The notes under the pieces: model-generated
Seen by the model: the letters and a program-made list of their open reading frames with translations, nothing else
Told to the model about the DNA's origin: nothing
Databases searched by the model: none
Made by a program: the position numbers and the translations under genes
Source: Daphnia carinata
Taxonomy: Eukaryota
Length of the DNA stretch: 64,000 bases
Reading direction: 5' to 3'
Assembly (NCBI RefSeq): GCF_022539665.2
Contig: NC_081331.1
Span: 12,648,001 to 12,712,000, forward strand
Part shown: in pieces, positions 25,859-37,366 of the stretch
How positions within the stretch are numbered: position 1 is the first letter of the stretch
Layout: each line of letters starts with the position of its first letter

Positions 25859-28335
25859 ATTGCTGACTAAAGTGTTTTGAAAGCCTTCCTAAGAAAGATT
25901 AAGGTCAAGATCAGTCTCTAAAAAAGCATGTGTCAAATAAGTCTACAACTACGCTAGTGCTTTACCAGTAGGGATGATTCAAAATTTGAGCTGTGATGAC
26001 CTTGTGCCAGTTACTGCTGAAGAATCCTTAAAGCCTAGAAAAGAAACAATGTCACTATGATTTCTTACTTCCTCTCCCCATGGTAAGCACTTCCTGCATA
26101 GTATTTACCAAATTAAGTTTAGGAATGGAAGTAAACTGAAGACGTAAAAAAAATGTTGGAGGTAATGGTACAAATGAATGCTCAAAATTGATCAAAAACA
26201 AATATTAAATACCTGATATCCAGTAGTATAATTGTATTTTCAGGTTGATTCACTTTATTCTAAAAAAGGTAAATTGCACGAATTGTCTTTCTGCTGTCTA
26301 CTTTTTCTGAATGACTTCGGTGAACGGTAGTTCAACATACAATGGTCCTCTGCAGTTGAAAACATTCAACTTAAGAAAGACCACATATATCGCATCTCAG
26401 ATCTGGATTACAACTATAACCTGAAAATCTACTTTCCCTAATTCACCTAATTTTGACAACTTTGAACGTGGAAACGAATCCGTGACACGTAAAGAAAAAC
26501 CTGCTCAATCAATCGGCATACTAGCCTTCAGAAAGTTTCTCGGTTAGCGTCTGCTAGTCGTGCACGTCTGCCTACTGACGACAAAATTGCACAACATACA
26601 ACTTGAGAAAATGTTCAACGTGTATAATGACTAATAGCAAACGGAAGGCTGTGGACACTACACAGATACTAAGTAAATTTTGAAGATATCGCGGTATTTA
26701 GAGACGTGAGATTGCAAGCTGACTTACAATTTTTGCGGATTTCTTTTTTTAACTAAGAATGCCTTCGAGGAATAATAACCGGAAGGGACAATCTAAACAC
26801 TCAAATCTTGACTGCCCTCTAGCGACATCATTCTTGACGATCTGGAAAAACCAGATAGCTGATGGGTTTTCAAAACAAAAAACTAACAGAAAAAGAAATT
26901 AACTAAGAGGAAAATATTATACACCGTTTTTTACCCGTCTCGTGGAAGTGCAATCCTGGTAAGGTCACACATGCTTACGTCTTGTTTAAAAAGTATGTCT
27001 TATCTGAAAAGAACATGCGTTGTTCGCTGTAGCGATGTGATTAAGAAGTGGTTTAGCAACAAAATAGTCGTTATGTAGAAAGTGGAGCAAACCATTAGGA
27101 TAAAAATGCGAGCTTGATAAGGTTTAAATTATTTCGTTTTATAGCAAACCACAAATCTATTAGTAACAGCTTATTAACTTCTTAAGGAGGATTTAATTCA
27201 AAAGATAGGTGAAACCGCCGAATCTTCCACATTTGAAACTTGGAAGTTGTATTTCGTACTAGAAGTTTCTTACTACCGCATAAAGTATAAAGTCTTTAGT
27301 TGCCAATAAACACGTTATATGTATATATAAAACCAGGAGGCTTAATTAGATAGCTTGCCATACGATCCATTTTTAGTATGTTTTGTGTACGTGGTGATGC
27401 CACTTTCCCAAAAGCTACAAGGCAAACTGCAAAAACTATTTGCCCCCTTTTATGTCTGCACCCTTTAGGGTATTTCGGCAAATGGCACTTTGCCATTGCG
27501 GCATTTTAATTAACTTGAGATGGTTTCGTTACTTTTCCCCTGATTTTTTTAAACAACCATCTAACATAGACCAATCTACACAGCAAGCTTTCGTTTTCCC
27601 TTTCACTAAATATGGTAACGTAATTTATTTACACATAAAGGATGTTGAAAGTTTTCTTTGGGGCTTATGTATTCATTCCAAGTCTTTGAAAGTTACAACC
27701 TTTTCAAATTCGTGTCACCCCGATAAATCTACAAGTTAGCTTATAAATAAGGACAGAGCAAATAAACAAAGAATGATAACCTACGGAACACCATCTATGA
27801 TACGGTTAGTAACTATTGTTGAGTAAGGTTACGAACGAAAAGGAAATTATTAGCATGTGCTTCATCCTGAATTTAAATAGCCACCGATTTGCCCCACATG
27901 GCCATGTCAATTTCTCCGATTGCGCCAAAACAACTTACACGGTCAAGGTATCAAATGACATTTAAAAAAATGGAAATAGAGAGAGTCTGTACTGAGGCCT
28001 GTACACAGTACCTCGCATTTAACTTCAGTCAATTTATATGAAACGCTAGAATTATATCTACTTCCAGTAACGTCGTGAATAACTTGTTATTCATTAATTC
28101 CTGACGATTGGAAATTTTAATATTTGGGCCATTTTCTAGCAACTGGACATGGAAGAAAACTATACGATCCCATCCAGATTTCAACGATAGGGATAATAAT
28201 GTTCATAACCAATTAATATCGGTCAGCAGATTTTTCTTGCCTGCACGCTACGAATTCAGCTAGAGATAAAAATATTAATCTATGTCGCACTTAAATAATA
28301 AAATATATAAAAGTATTACTAAAAAGAATTGTGCT

Positions 28336-30245
28336 TCATTTGGATTTGTTCAACGGGTCACCGGCGCACGAGCGACTCAAAGACAACTGACTGTCTGTCT
28401 TAGAGTGAAGAGACGAAGATGTAATACTAAGGTCCGAGAAACTCTCTGCAGAACTGGTTAATCCAGGCTCAAGATTTGACAGTGATGCCACCGAACGAAC
28501 TCGAGGAATGAAAGAAGAATACAATTCTTCCTCTTACGCATTCAAATGACAGAAACGTTGTAAATTATTGCAACAAAACTTGCAAAAATACCAAAGCATT
28601 AACATACCAGTGCCATCAGCAAAAAACTCACTCCAAATAAATCTTCCTGGGCGGCTGCGAGGTAGAGTTCTCTGCCAGGATGTGGGCGCGCTTGAAACCT
28701 GTACAAAGAAATTTTTCAAGATGTACGATTTGAAACTATTTTTTAAGGGTTTAGCATAACGGGAAATACCTGTAATCTTTGCTTGATGGTATCTGAACTG
28801 GTTTGTGCACGACGTCGAGTGGACATCTTTAATCCATCAGACGATGTTGGGCTCGGTTCCTCATTGACAACCTAACAGTATAAATTTACCATCATTTGCA
28901 TATTCAAGTTTCCAGATGGTCAAATTTTATTTCGGGTACCTGCAGTCCAGTTTGCCCTTGAAATATAAGTGTTCTGTTGTTGGTAGCCGCAAACAGGGTA
29001 GTTGGACGGGCGACAGAATCGCACTCGTCGTTTGTCTAATTAATAAAAACTAATAATTATACCTTGAAACCAAAGCTATGAGCACCAATTACTAGTTATC
29101 GTACCGTATTCGACTGGGTCGGTCGAATTTTTCCGCTCTTCTTTTTAGTGGAGGCGAATTTATTTTTGATATTTCTAAGCCACAGATCGAATTTCCTATA
29201 ATTGGATATACAAAATGATAATTAAGTAACGATAAACTAGCAGATAAAAGCTACTTACTTGTCGTCTTTCAGTAACTCGTTTGAATCTGAAACATTTGGT
29301 GCGTTAAATACGGGCCTTTTTAGAATTTCGTCGAGCTTTGGTCTGTCTTCGGGATTCATGCTAATCATTTCTTTGATTAATCCTCGCAAGAAGACGTGTT
29401 TTTTCTCCAACTCTTAATTAGAAGAAGAAGAATGTTACGTGAACTTCCAAGTAAAAATGAGCTTTGCTTACTTGTAAGGTTGTACTTTCCCATGAGGATA
29501 TTTGCATTTCTCATCATCGCGATTCCAAATGGGTGTGTACCTTTCGTAAAAAAAAAGAAGAAAACACATCCCAAAGAGAAAACATCTATTGCCGTGGTAG
29601 CATGCAAGGCGGCATTTCGCCCATTTTCCAAGTCTTGCATATTTTTTAGTAATTCCGGAGCCATCCAACCAGCAGTGCCGATACCAGCAGCAGACATAGA
29701 GAATGCCTCCGTGCTTCGTACTAGTTTACAAAATCCAAAATCGGCTATTTTGAGTCCGCCCGATGACGAGATCAATATATTGTTGGGCTTGACGTCCCGA
29801 TGGACGTAATTGCGTGAATGTATGAAGGCTAAACCTTCCAACATTTGCTTCGGAGCTTCCATTTCTTCAGGCATGGGACCTGTATAGTTTCCCTTGCAGT
29901 AATCATCTAAGGTGGCAACGCATAGTTCTAAAGCTAGCCTCCTACAACAAGAAATTTAGAAAAAAGATATATTATGTGCGAGACTAATGTTTTTGAAGAT
30001 TGTACGTACAAAAACGGGTGTTCTTGCTCAACATGCAGAAGTTGTAAAATACGCGGATGTCTACAATGGAATAAAGCCTTTAGTTCCCGTTCAACCAGCT
30101 GAACATTGGTCAACAAAATTCGTTTCACAGCTACCGGTTCATCATTAAAATGTCCAGCAAAAACCACTGTACCCTCACATCCACGACCTAGGATATCCGC
30201 TTCATCCCACTTGATGGATTTAGTACTGCTCCATCTGCTCTCCAT
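28336..30245 (-). CDS. IRE1-like Ser/Thr kinase (kinase plus Ser-rich tail; no luminal, TM or KEN domain visible)
   Basis: ILGRGCEGTVVF, VAVKRIL, LALELCVATLDDY, VHRDVKPNNILI, IADFGFCK, GTAGWMAPE, DVFSLGCVF and HPFG. Five short 3' exons can be spliced in frame to the stop at 28336. Confidence 0.85.
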
Positions 30246-30742
30246 TTTGCTGGCACAGAAATAGACACAAAACTACTAACGTCTTTCATACTCGTTGGAC
30301 GTCGATTGCAAACGGTTGCTTAATAAGTCGACTATTATAAGTATTCCCGATGATAACAAACTGATAAGTAACGATAGACAAATACAGTGATGAGCTCTAC
30401 TTCTAAATGACGTCACCATGTTATTTGAACACCTTGTTATCTGCCTGGACTTGTTTTGGTGGCATGTTTTCAACTCTGATTCACAGTATTTCGTTATTAA
30501 TTCCATCAGCAAGCTGTTGTTGTTTTTATTTATGACTAATGGACATAACACTCTCTGAATTTGATCAACATGATCAACATCTTCTAGCGGAAGAAGTCTG
30601 TTCTTTGCCCGAGAAGATTAGAACGATAAGATTAAAACAAATTAAAGTTACACCACATTTTTAATTAAAATGTCAAACTACGTAACAACCCGGGAATACA
30701 CATCCTCGGGGAACTAAAAGAGTCATCTCTTAGCATTTTTTT

Positions 30743-32392
30743 TTATTTCATTCTATGTAATATTTGATGAGCTAATGTGACTAAGGCTTGCTGGTAGGGG
30801 GAAGGGGTCAGCTGAGCAACTTGAGTTACAGCGTCGTTACAATATTGGCGTGCCAATTCTTTTGTCCGTTGCAACCCGTCTGAACGGAGCACCAAACGAA
30901 AGGCGGTTTCGGCGTCCCCGGGCTCTTGAAATCGACGCATAATCAGCGGGTTTAACTCAGGAAACTGAAATCGAAAGCGCAATGATTCATTTACGAGGCG
31001 TAGAAAGTATTAACGAAGGCCATTACTAAAAAAAAAAAAAAAAACCACTACCTTCTGTGCTGCAAACAGAACAGGTGCGGTTGCCAAACCAAGACGCAAA
31101 TCGGCAGCTACCGGTTTTCCAACTTGAGCTGATGTGGCGATGAAATCGAGTAAGTCGTCAACCAGTTGAAATGCCATTCCTAACTGGCGGCCATATTGAA
31201 AGGCGATAGACTGTAAGGTGGAATCGGCTCCAGAAAGTACTGAGACCTTATGAAAAATCATTGCTCTTCATTTTGAAGTAATATAATTTAGATGGGGGAA
31301 TTTTTAAAGGCTTCTTACCGCTTGGCAACTATAGGCAATTAAGCTAGCAGTTTTCTTAAATGTTTTTTCGGAATAATGCGCGAATCTCTCATCTGTATTT
31401 TCTCGTGCGCCCAATTGCATGAATTCTCCCTGAACTAAATCGGCGAGAACCTAAATGTATTGATTTTTGAACATTAACGGCTCTGTTGGAAATTATGGTC
31501 ATTTCCACCTGTGATAACAAGACGATGACTTGCTGGTTTTGAAGCCGTGCTAGCATGCCGGAAGCCACGGAGAGAATGAAATCTCCAGCTATGATCGACT
31601 GTGAAATACGGTAGTTGTGATAAATGAAGCTTTTTCATGCTTTTTATCTTTTAATACTTTCTTCTGTCCCCAGAGAATGTTGACTGATGGTCTACTTCTT
31701 CTGCTATCCGCGATGTCTATTACGTCATCATGAACCAAGGACGCCGTATGAATCATTTCAGCTATTTGTGCAATCTTCTTCTGTTTTTGAATCACAGTCC
31801 TATCAGCAGCACAAAAATGCTCAGTATTAGTTTAGCCGCAAGTTTCCTATCAACATAAATAACAAACGGTGAGGTTTGATCTAGATGATAGTTAATTGCT
31901 CTAGCCATACACATGGTGATGACTGGTCGGACAGCTTTACCCTCTCCATTGAAATAGTACTGGGCTATTTGCCTCAGGTCAGGCTGTGTGTTGTTCAGAC
32001 CCTGTATACATAATGTGTGAAACTTTATGTATAGTAACGGTAATGAATATAATCACTATCAATTAACCTCTCGGATGTCTTCATAGAGACCTTCAAGGTC
32101 TGGCCTAACCAGTGTGTCAGCAGTGGGTATGTTTTCCTTGGGTACACTGACATTGGATGTGATACTAGGTACAGCTGTCTGAATCTGCTTATGTAATTCA
32201 GTAACCATCACAAATTTGTATAACCTAACTATGTGGAGAAATTAGAAATACCTTGCTGCGAAGTTGGAGAAGTGAAGTGTTTCTGGATAGCAACCAATGG
32301 TATCGCAAATTACCATTTCCAAGGTAAGACACGCGGGACACTGTAAGACTTGTGTAGGCTAACAAGTTCGTTATCCTAGCACTAGCTACCAT
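30743..32392 (-). CDS. PDSS1: Decaprenyl-diphosphate synthase subunit 1 (long-chain trans-prenyltransferase), copy A
   Basis: GKAVRP, EMIHTASLVHDDVID, AGDFIL, GEFMQ, KKTASLIA, GMAFQLVDDLLDF and DLRLGLATAPVLFA. The N-terminus resembles a mitochondrial transit peptide. Eight exons splice in frame. Confidence 0.93.
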
Positions 32393-33000
32393 GATGATTT
32401 AATAACAAGGATGGATGAGTCCGTCAACGCATACTTTCGCCTTTTAAAAAAACCAATAAATGCAGCAAACTATCCTTCGCGGGAAGAAAATATTTTTCAC
32501 ACACTACAATTATAACCCGTTTCTGAAGGCTGGAAAGAGATGACCGGTACACAATTGCTTAGCGAGTATTGTAACTACAATTCAACATTTGAGTGCTATA
32601 GTTTTAGCAGACGAAAAAGTCGGAAACCAAACGAAATTCGTGGTGCGTACCATATGTAATGGTGTATCTTAGCTCAACTTCGCAGCTTGAGCAATAGTTA
32701 AATTGCAGACAAGATTGTCCAACCAATGTGTAATTTTCCTTCCATAATAAATTATTAGGTACTAAAAATAAAGTTTATTAATATAAAATAAAACGATTGC
32801 AACCTCTACACTTTTTTTTCTCGTCCCTTGAGTGACAATGCCTTAAAAAGTCTTCAATTGCCTCGCTGTTTATGTTTTAAACGTTATTTCTGGTCACGTT
32901 TGTTACTTTTGTTTCCCCATTATTAGTATAAAATAGTTCTTCCCTATCAAGCAATTAAATAATAATTTTTCAATTTATATGTAGGTATATTACCACAATA

Positions 33001-33733
33001 ATGGCTGGACCTTTATTAAAATATTTGACTGATGCCTTGGTGAAGTTTGAATATGTATACCTAACACCTTTGCTAAGGAGACCTCCAACTCCACAGTGGA
33101 TCCCATTAGTGGTGCAGACACCTCAACAGTTAATGGATAAAGATGCATCATTTGACATTAAAAGTATTTTCGATGGATTCTTATGGGGAGTACCTACCTG
33201 CCGACGCAGTGCTGAAAAGCGTATGATGAGAAAGTATGGTGCTCCCAACTGGCACAACAAACTTATTCTCCCACGAAAGGATATCAAAACCTGTGGTACT
33301 TGTGGCCACAATCATGAAGCAGGCCGTTTATGTCGTAAGTATTAGGGTATGCAAAGTGTAAATTGTTCAAGAAACATACACATCTTCTTCATTCCTAGCA
33401 AATTGTTACTCCAAAGTCAAAGCTGAGACATCTGTTTTGCAAGAAAAAATGGTTCAGGAACTGGGTCTTGATCCCATAGATAAAGAAATCGCCATTGTAT
33501 ATCAAGGAGAGAAGAATCAGTTCGACGATGAGTTTTTCAAGGTTCACCACAAATATCTTTCAGTTGAAGCTAGTATTAACTTTTCATTCGTTTGCGTGAA
33601 GGGTAAAAGAGTTGTCCAAATGGAAAAACCTCGACCAAAATGGTTTAGCAAAAACCTACTCCAGAAAAGTGGACCAAATTCTGATTTGGGCAACAGTGAA
33701 GTCACAACTATAAAACCTCATGATTTAGGCTAA
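33001..33733 (+). CDS. MRPL32: Mitochondrial ribosomal protein L32 (3 coding exons)
   Basis: GFLWGVPTCRRSAEKRMMRK, zinc-ribbon CGTCGHNHEAGRLC..NCY, and VVQMEKPRPKWFSKNLL. Confidence 0.92.
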
Positions 33734-33947
33734 TATTTTTCGTCCTACCTGGTTAGTCTATGAGAAAAATACACCATTTTTGACTTTACTGCTATACCAC
33801 CGTGTATTCAATTGGAACCAATTTGTTGGCCGACGGTAGCATAAGATAAAATCACCAATATAAAATTTTCTAAGGAAAAGCACTCCGATAGAGGCCCATG
33901 AAAAATATTGCATTGCCATTTGCTTCGAACTCTCATTGCAGGACTGC

Positions 33948-36170
33948 TTATAGCTTTCCGTCTGGGTGCCGCTCGATTATCATTCCAACGCCCTGCATTG
34001 CAAAGCAGTTTCATTACAACTGTGCCCAACATATACTGTTCCAAAATGGAGACTCGCAACATTTGGAACCCTGAAAGTAGGGTTTCTTTTCTATCAGCAC
34101 GCTTAATCGCACTGGGATGTAACCCATGTACACTGTCCGGCGATCCCTACCAGTGAACTGACGTGCCAAAAGAGAAAACCAAACTAAACTTCATTCATAC
34201 CTGACCACCTGCAGCACACGCGGCTATGCATGCGTATTTACCGTCTTCGTGAATCAATCTGTTTGCTGCATGAATAGCCAATCGAACTCCTTAAAAATTG
34301 AATAAAAACAAATTAATTAATTAAAATGTAACCGAAAATCCAATTTATGAAGTAAATGGCGAAAACCTGTAGCTCCAAATGGATGGCCTATTGAGAGAGA
34401 TCCACCCCATAGGTTAAACTTGCTCATATCTGGGGCTCCGATTTTGCCAGACCGTCCCATATACGTCTTGCAGAACCAGTCCGAGTCCATAGCGCTAAGA
34501 TTGGCCAAAATTTGTGCCTAAATACGTGTCGAAAATGATGCTAGAGTACACCGGGCTTATTGCCAAAGAAAAACAAGAGTGAAATTTACCGCAAATGCTT
34601 CATGAACTTCCCACACATCAATGTCATTCATCCCGAGACCGGCTTTTTCCAAGACGCGTGGTGTAGCATAAGCTGGTCCTAATAGCAGTTGATCTTTGGG
34701 ATCTTGGCTAACGTAAACGAAATCTCGTAGGTAAGCCTTGGGTTTAAGTCCCAATTGCTTTGCCTTTTCTTCCGTCATCATCAAACATGCCGAAGCTCCA
34801 TCCGTCTGATAAAAAAAAAAGGTAGAAATATAAGAACTGAAACAAAAACCTAATTCATATTTGCCAAATTCACCAAAAAAGAAGCGTTAGCAGCCGTCAC
34901 TGATCCATGAGGCTTGATAAAAGCTGGCTTTAATTTCTGTAATTGTTCAGGTGTAGAAACTCTGATTCCATTGTCGCAAGTGATAGGTTTGTCTTGGCCA
35001 GGAACTTTGGATATTAAAACAGGAAAAAATTTATACTTATACGTTGTCATGATATTACGAATGCAAATAAGTTACTACACATACCTTGATACGGAATAAT
35101 GTCTGAAAGAAGGCCCTTTTCAGCTGCATCATGGGCAAACTGGTGTGATCGAAGAGCAAAAGCGTCTTGATCTTTGCGACTGATGTTGAATGAAGCAGCC
35201 AAACGGTCGGCAGAGTGACCCATGGTTTCACCCGTAGAAAATTCAGCTACTGCTGGAAGCTCAGGGATTAGAGACTTCAAATCAAGTTGGGATAGCAATG
35301 AAAGGCGCTGGCCGACTGTTTTGGCCTTATTTGCTTTAAGCATAACAGAACGCATCTTGCGGGAATGACGAATGGGCACATCTGACATAAACTCCACACC
35401 TCCAGCGACGCAAACATCGTAAACTCCAGACTGCATGTAACCAATACCTACCAATATAAAAATACATTAAATGAAGGAAACTACCATGGCTGAAATAAAG
35501 AACCTACAAGTGGACATTGCTTGGTTTGAGCTGATGCAGGCCATTGTAACTGTGTGAGCTGGTGTTTTATCTGAGAAACCGGCTCCAAGGGCAGCTTCAC
35601 GTCCAACATTGGAAGTTTTGACTTCCTGAATCACTGTACCATAAGCAATGTACTCAACAAGTTCTTTGGAGATCCCAGTTTTCTGAATCAATCCACTGTC
35701 GAAATCAATTACGTTACTGCTTTGTAATGGAGATAAATATGGTATGAAAACACCTACAATAATGCATTTCGTGCTAAGTCATGGGGCATGAGTTTAGCAT
35801 AGTTTGTTCCAGACAGCAAAAACGGTGTCCTTACAGCATCAACCAATACAATGTTCTTCTGGTTTGGTCGTGCTAACGAAGGTTTCGTTTTCTGCCCAGC
35901 TGCGTATAATGCCGGCAATCCCGTGGACACGTTACGTGTTCCTTGGATTTTGTAAGGAAAATAGTTATGAGACCCGACTGTGTTACACTTTGTTGTAAGC
36001 AGTGATAACCAACAATGCACAGCATAGCATTGAGCAATGTTAGTACTCAAACGGTAATTCATTTTTTTTTAAATTTTAACTGCACTACAAATTTAAATGT
36101 TTAAAGGCAGACGGCTTATACCTGATCGAAGGAACGCAACAGAATTTACGCGAGAAATCTGGGCAGCCAT
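33948..36170 (-). CDS. HADHB: Mitochondrial trifunctional enzyme beta subunit (3-ketoacyl-CoA thiolase)
   Basis: [83 protein letters not shown] and ERHP. Stop at 33948-33950. Confidence 0.96.
34018..34167 (-). ncRNA. Intronic box H/ACA snoRNA, SNORA69-like (candidate guide for 5.8S and 18S rRNA pseudouridylation)
   Basis: Lies in the unusually long (~205 nt) last HADHB intron, on the same strand. Hairpin 1 pairs GGCACG/CGUGCU and CACUGG/CCAGUG, followed by H box AUAGAA. Hairpin 2 pairs CCC/GGG and GUUCCAAA/UUUGGAAC, followed by ACA plus 3 nt. The pockets lie 15 and 14 nt from the boxes. Confidence 0.85.
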
Positions 36171-37366
36171 TCTTATAATGACGGATATCTTCTTCCTTGG
36201 AGAATCTACTACAGCTGTTTGGATTTCGAGTATTTGCTTAAACAAATCACCATTTACAACGCTCAAGTGGGCAAAAACTGAAACTGAACTAAGGCAAAGA
36301 TAAACGAACTGGCAACCGCGTGGTAGTGTGGGAAAAACCTAAAATTTGGTTTCATGATTTGGAATCATGTATGCGTTATCTAATGCTTTCCTTAAAAATC
36401 CTTAGGTGCAAAGTAGTTTTTACATAAGTTATGGAAATCGTTCGCGTTTCTCTTATCCTCGTTTTGCCATTCACCCTTTCGCAATTGAACTGGACTATCG
36501 GCACCCGCAGCGAAAAAGGTTGAGGGAGAAAATGCCGATAAAGATGAATTGGCAGAAACATCAATCGCAATCCTTATTATTCTACAACAACCCGAACATA
36601 CAGCTCACCACCAAAGATAACACGACGCAATATCATCATATTTGTGCCATTCGAGAGGTTGAAACGTTCCATTTTATCACGTGACTTCATTCCTCGTAGA
36701 TAAGTATGTATATTGCATAAAAACGTGGGAGTTTTCTCTCTGTTTATTGTTTGCCATATCTGAAACATATTTCTGAAACCAGCTGTACCTCCCGCATTTA
36801 ATGGTTTATGTACGTAAATCCTCTAATAACTTAAAATTTTAAATTGTTGTACCGGTATAGAGTTCACGTCCAGATGGGGTCTAGACAAAGGTTATGCGTC
36901 GTGAATGTGATTTCTTGCTAAACAAGTCTGCGCAATCATTTTGGCATAGTAAAAGGTTAGCAGATGTGGCCGTTTGCTTACGTAATTATGAAATAAATCA
37001 AAATCTCCCACGTTGCCTGAAACCAAGATATGTAGGTTTTCCGGTTATTGAAGTGTACAATAATTTTTTTTTTGCCCGCTCGTTTCATTGCCCCAAATAA
37101 CATCAGCTTTCTTTCTGGTTTATTCCTTACGTAAACAGTCAGTAGCCAGACACAGTGGAGCATCCATTGATGTCGTCCTTTTTCGGGAGGATCACGTGTA
37201 TTCCTCGAAAAAATATATTACATGAAGCGAAAGCGGTGCTAAACTTGTCCTTATATCATATTGTTATAGCTGTAAATCCCGATTTTTTATGAATGCAATC
37301 ACAATAAAAGTGCTATAAAAAATTAACGTTTTCTCTTAATCGGAAAGAATCCATCTTCCCAGAGAA

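Noticed and set aside
27950..28300. Possible KEN RNase exons downstream of the IRE1-like kinase
   Set aside because: No KEN-like motifs in the frame I examined, and the kinase ORF already terminates at 28336.
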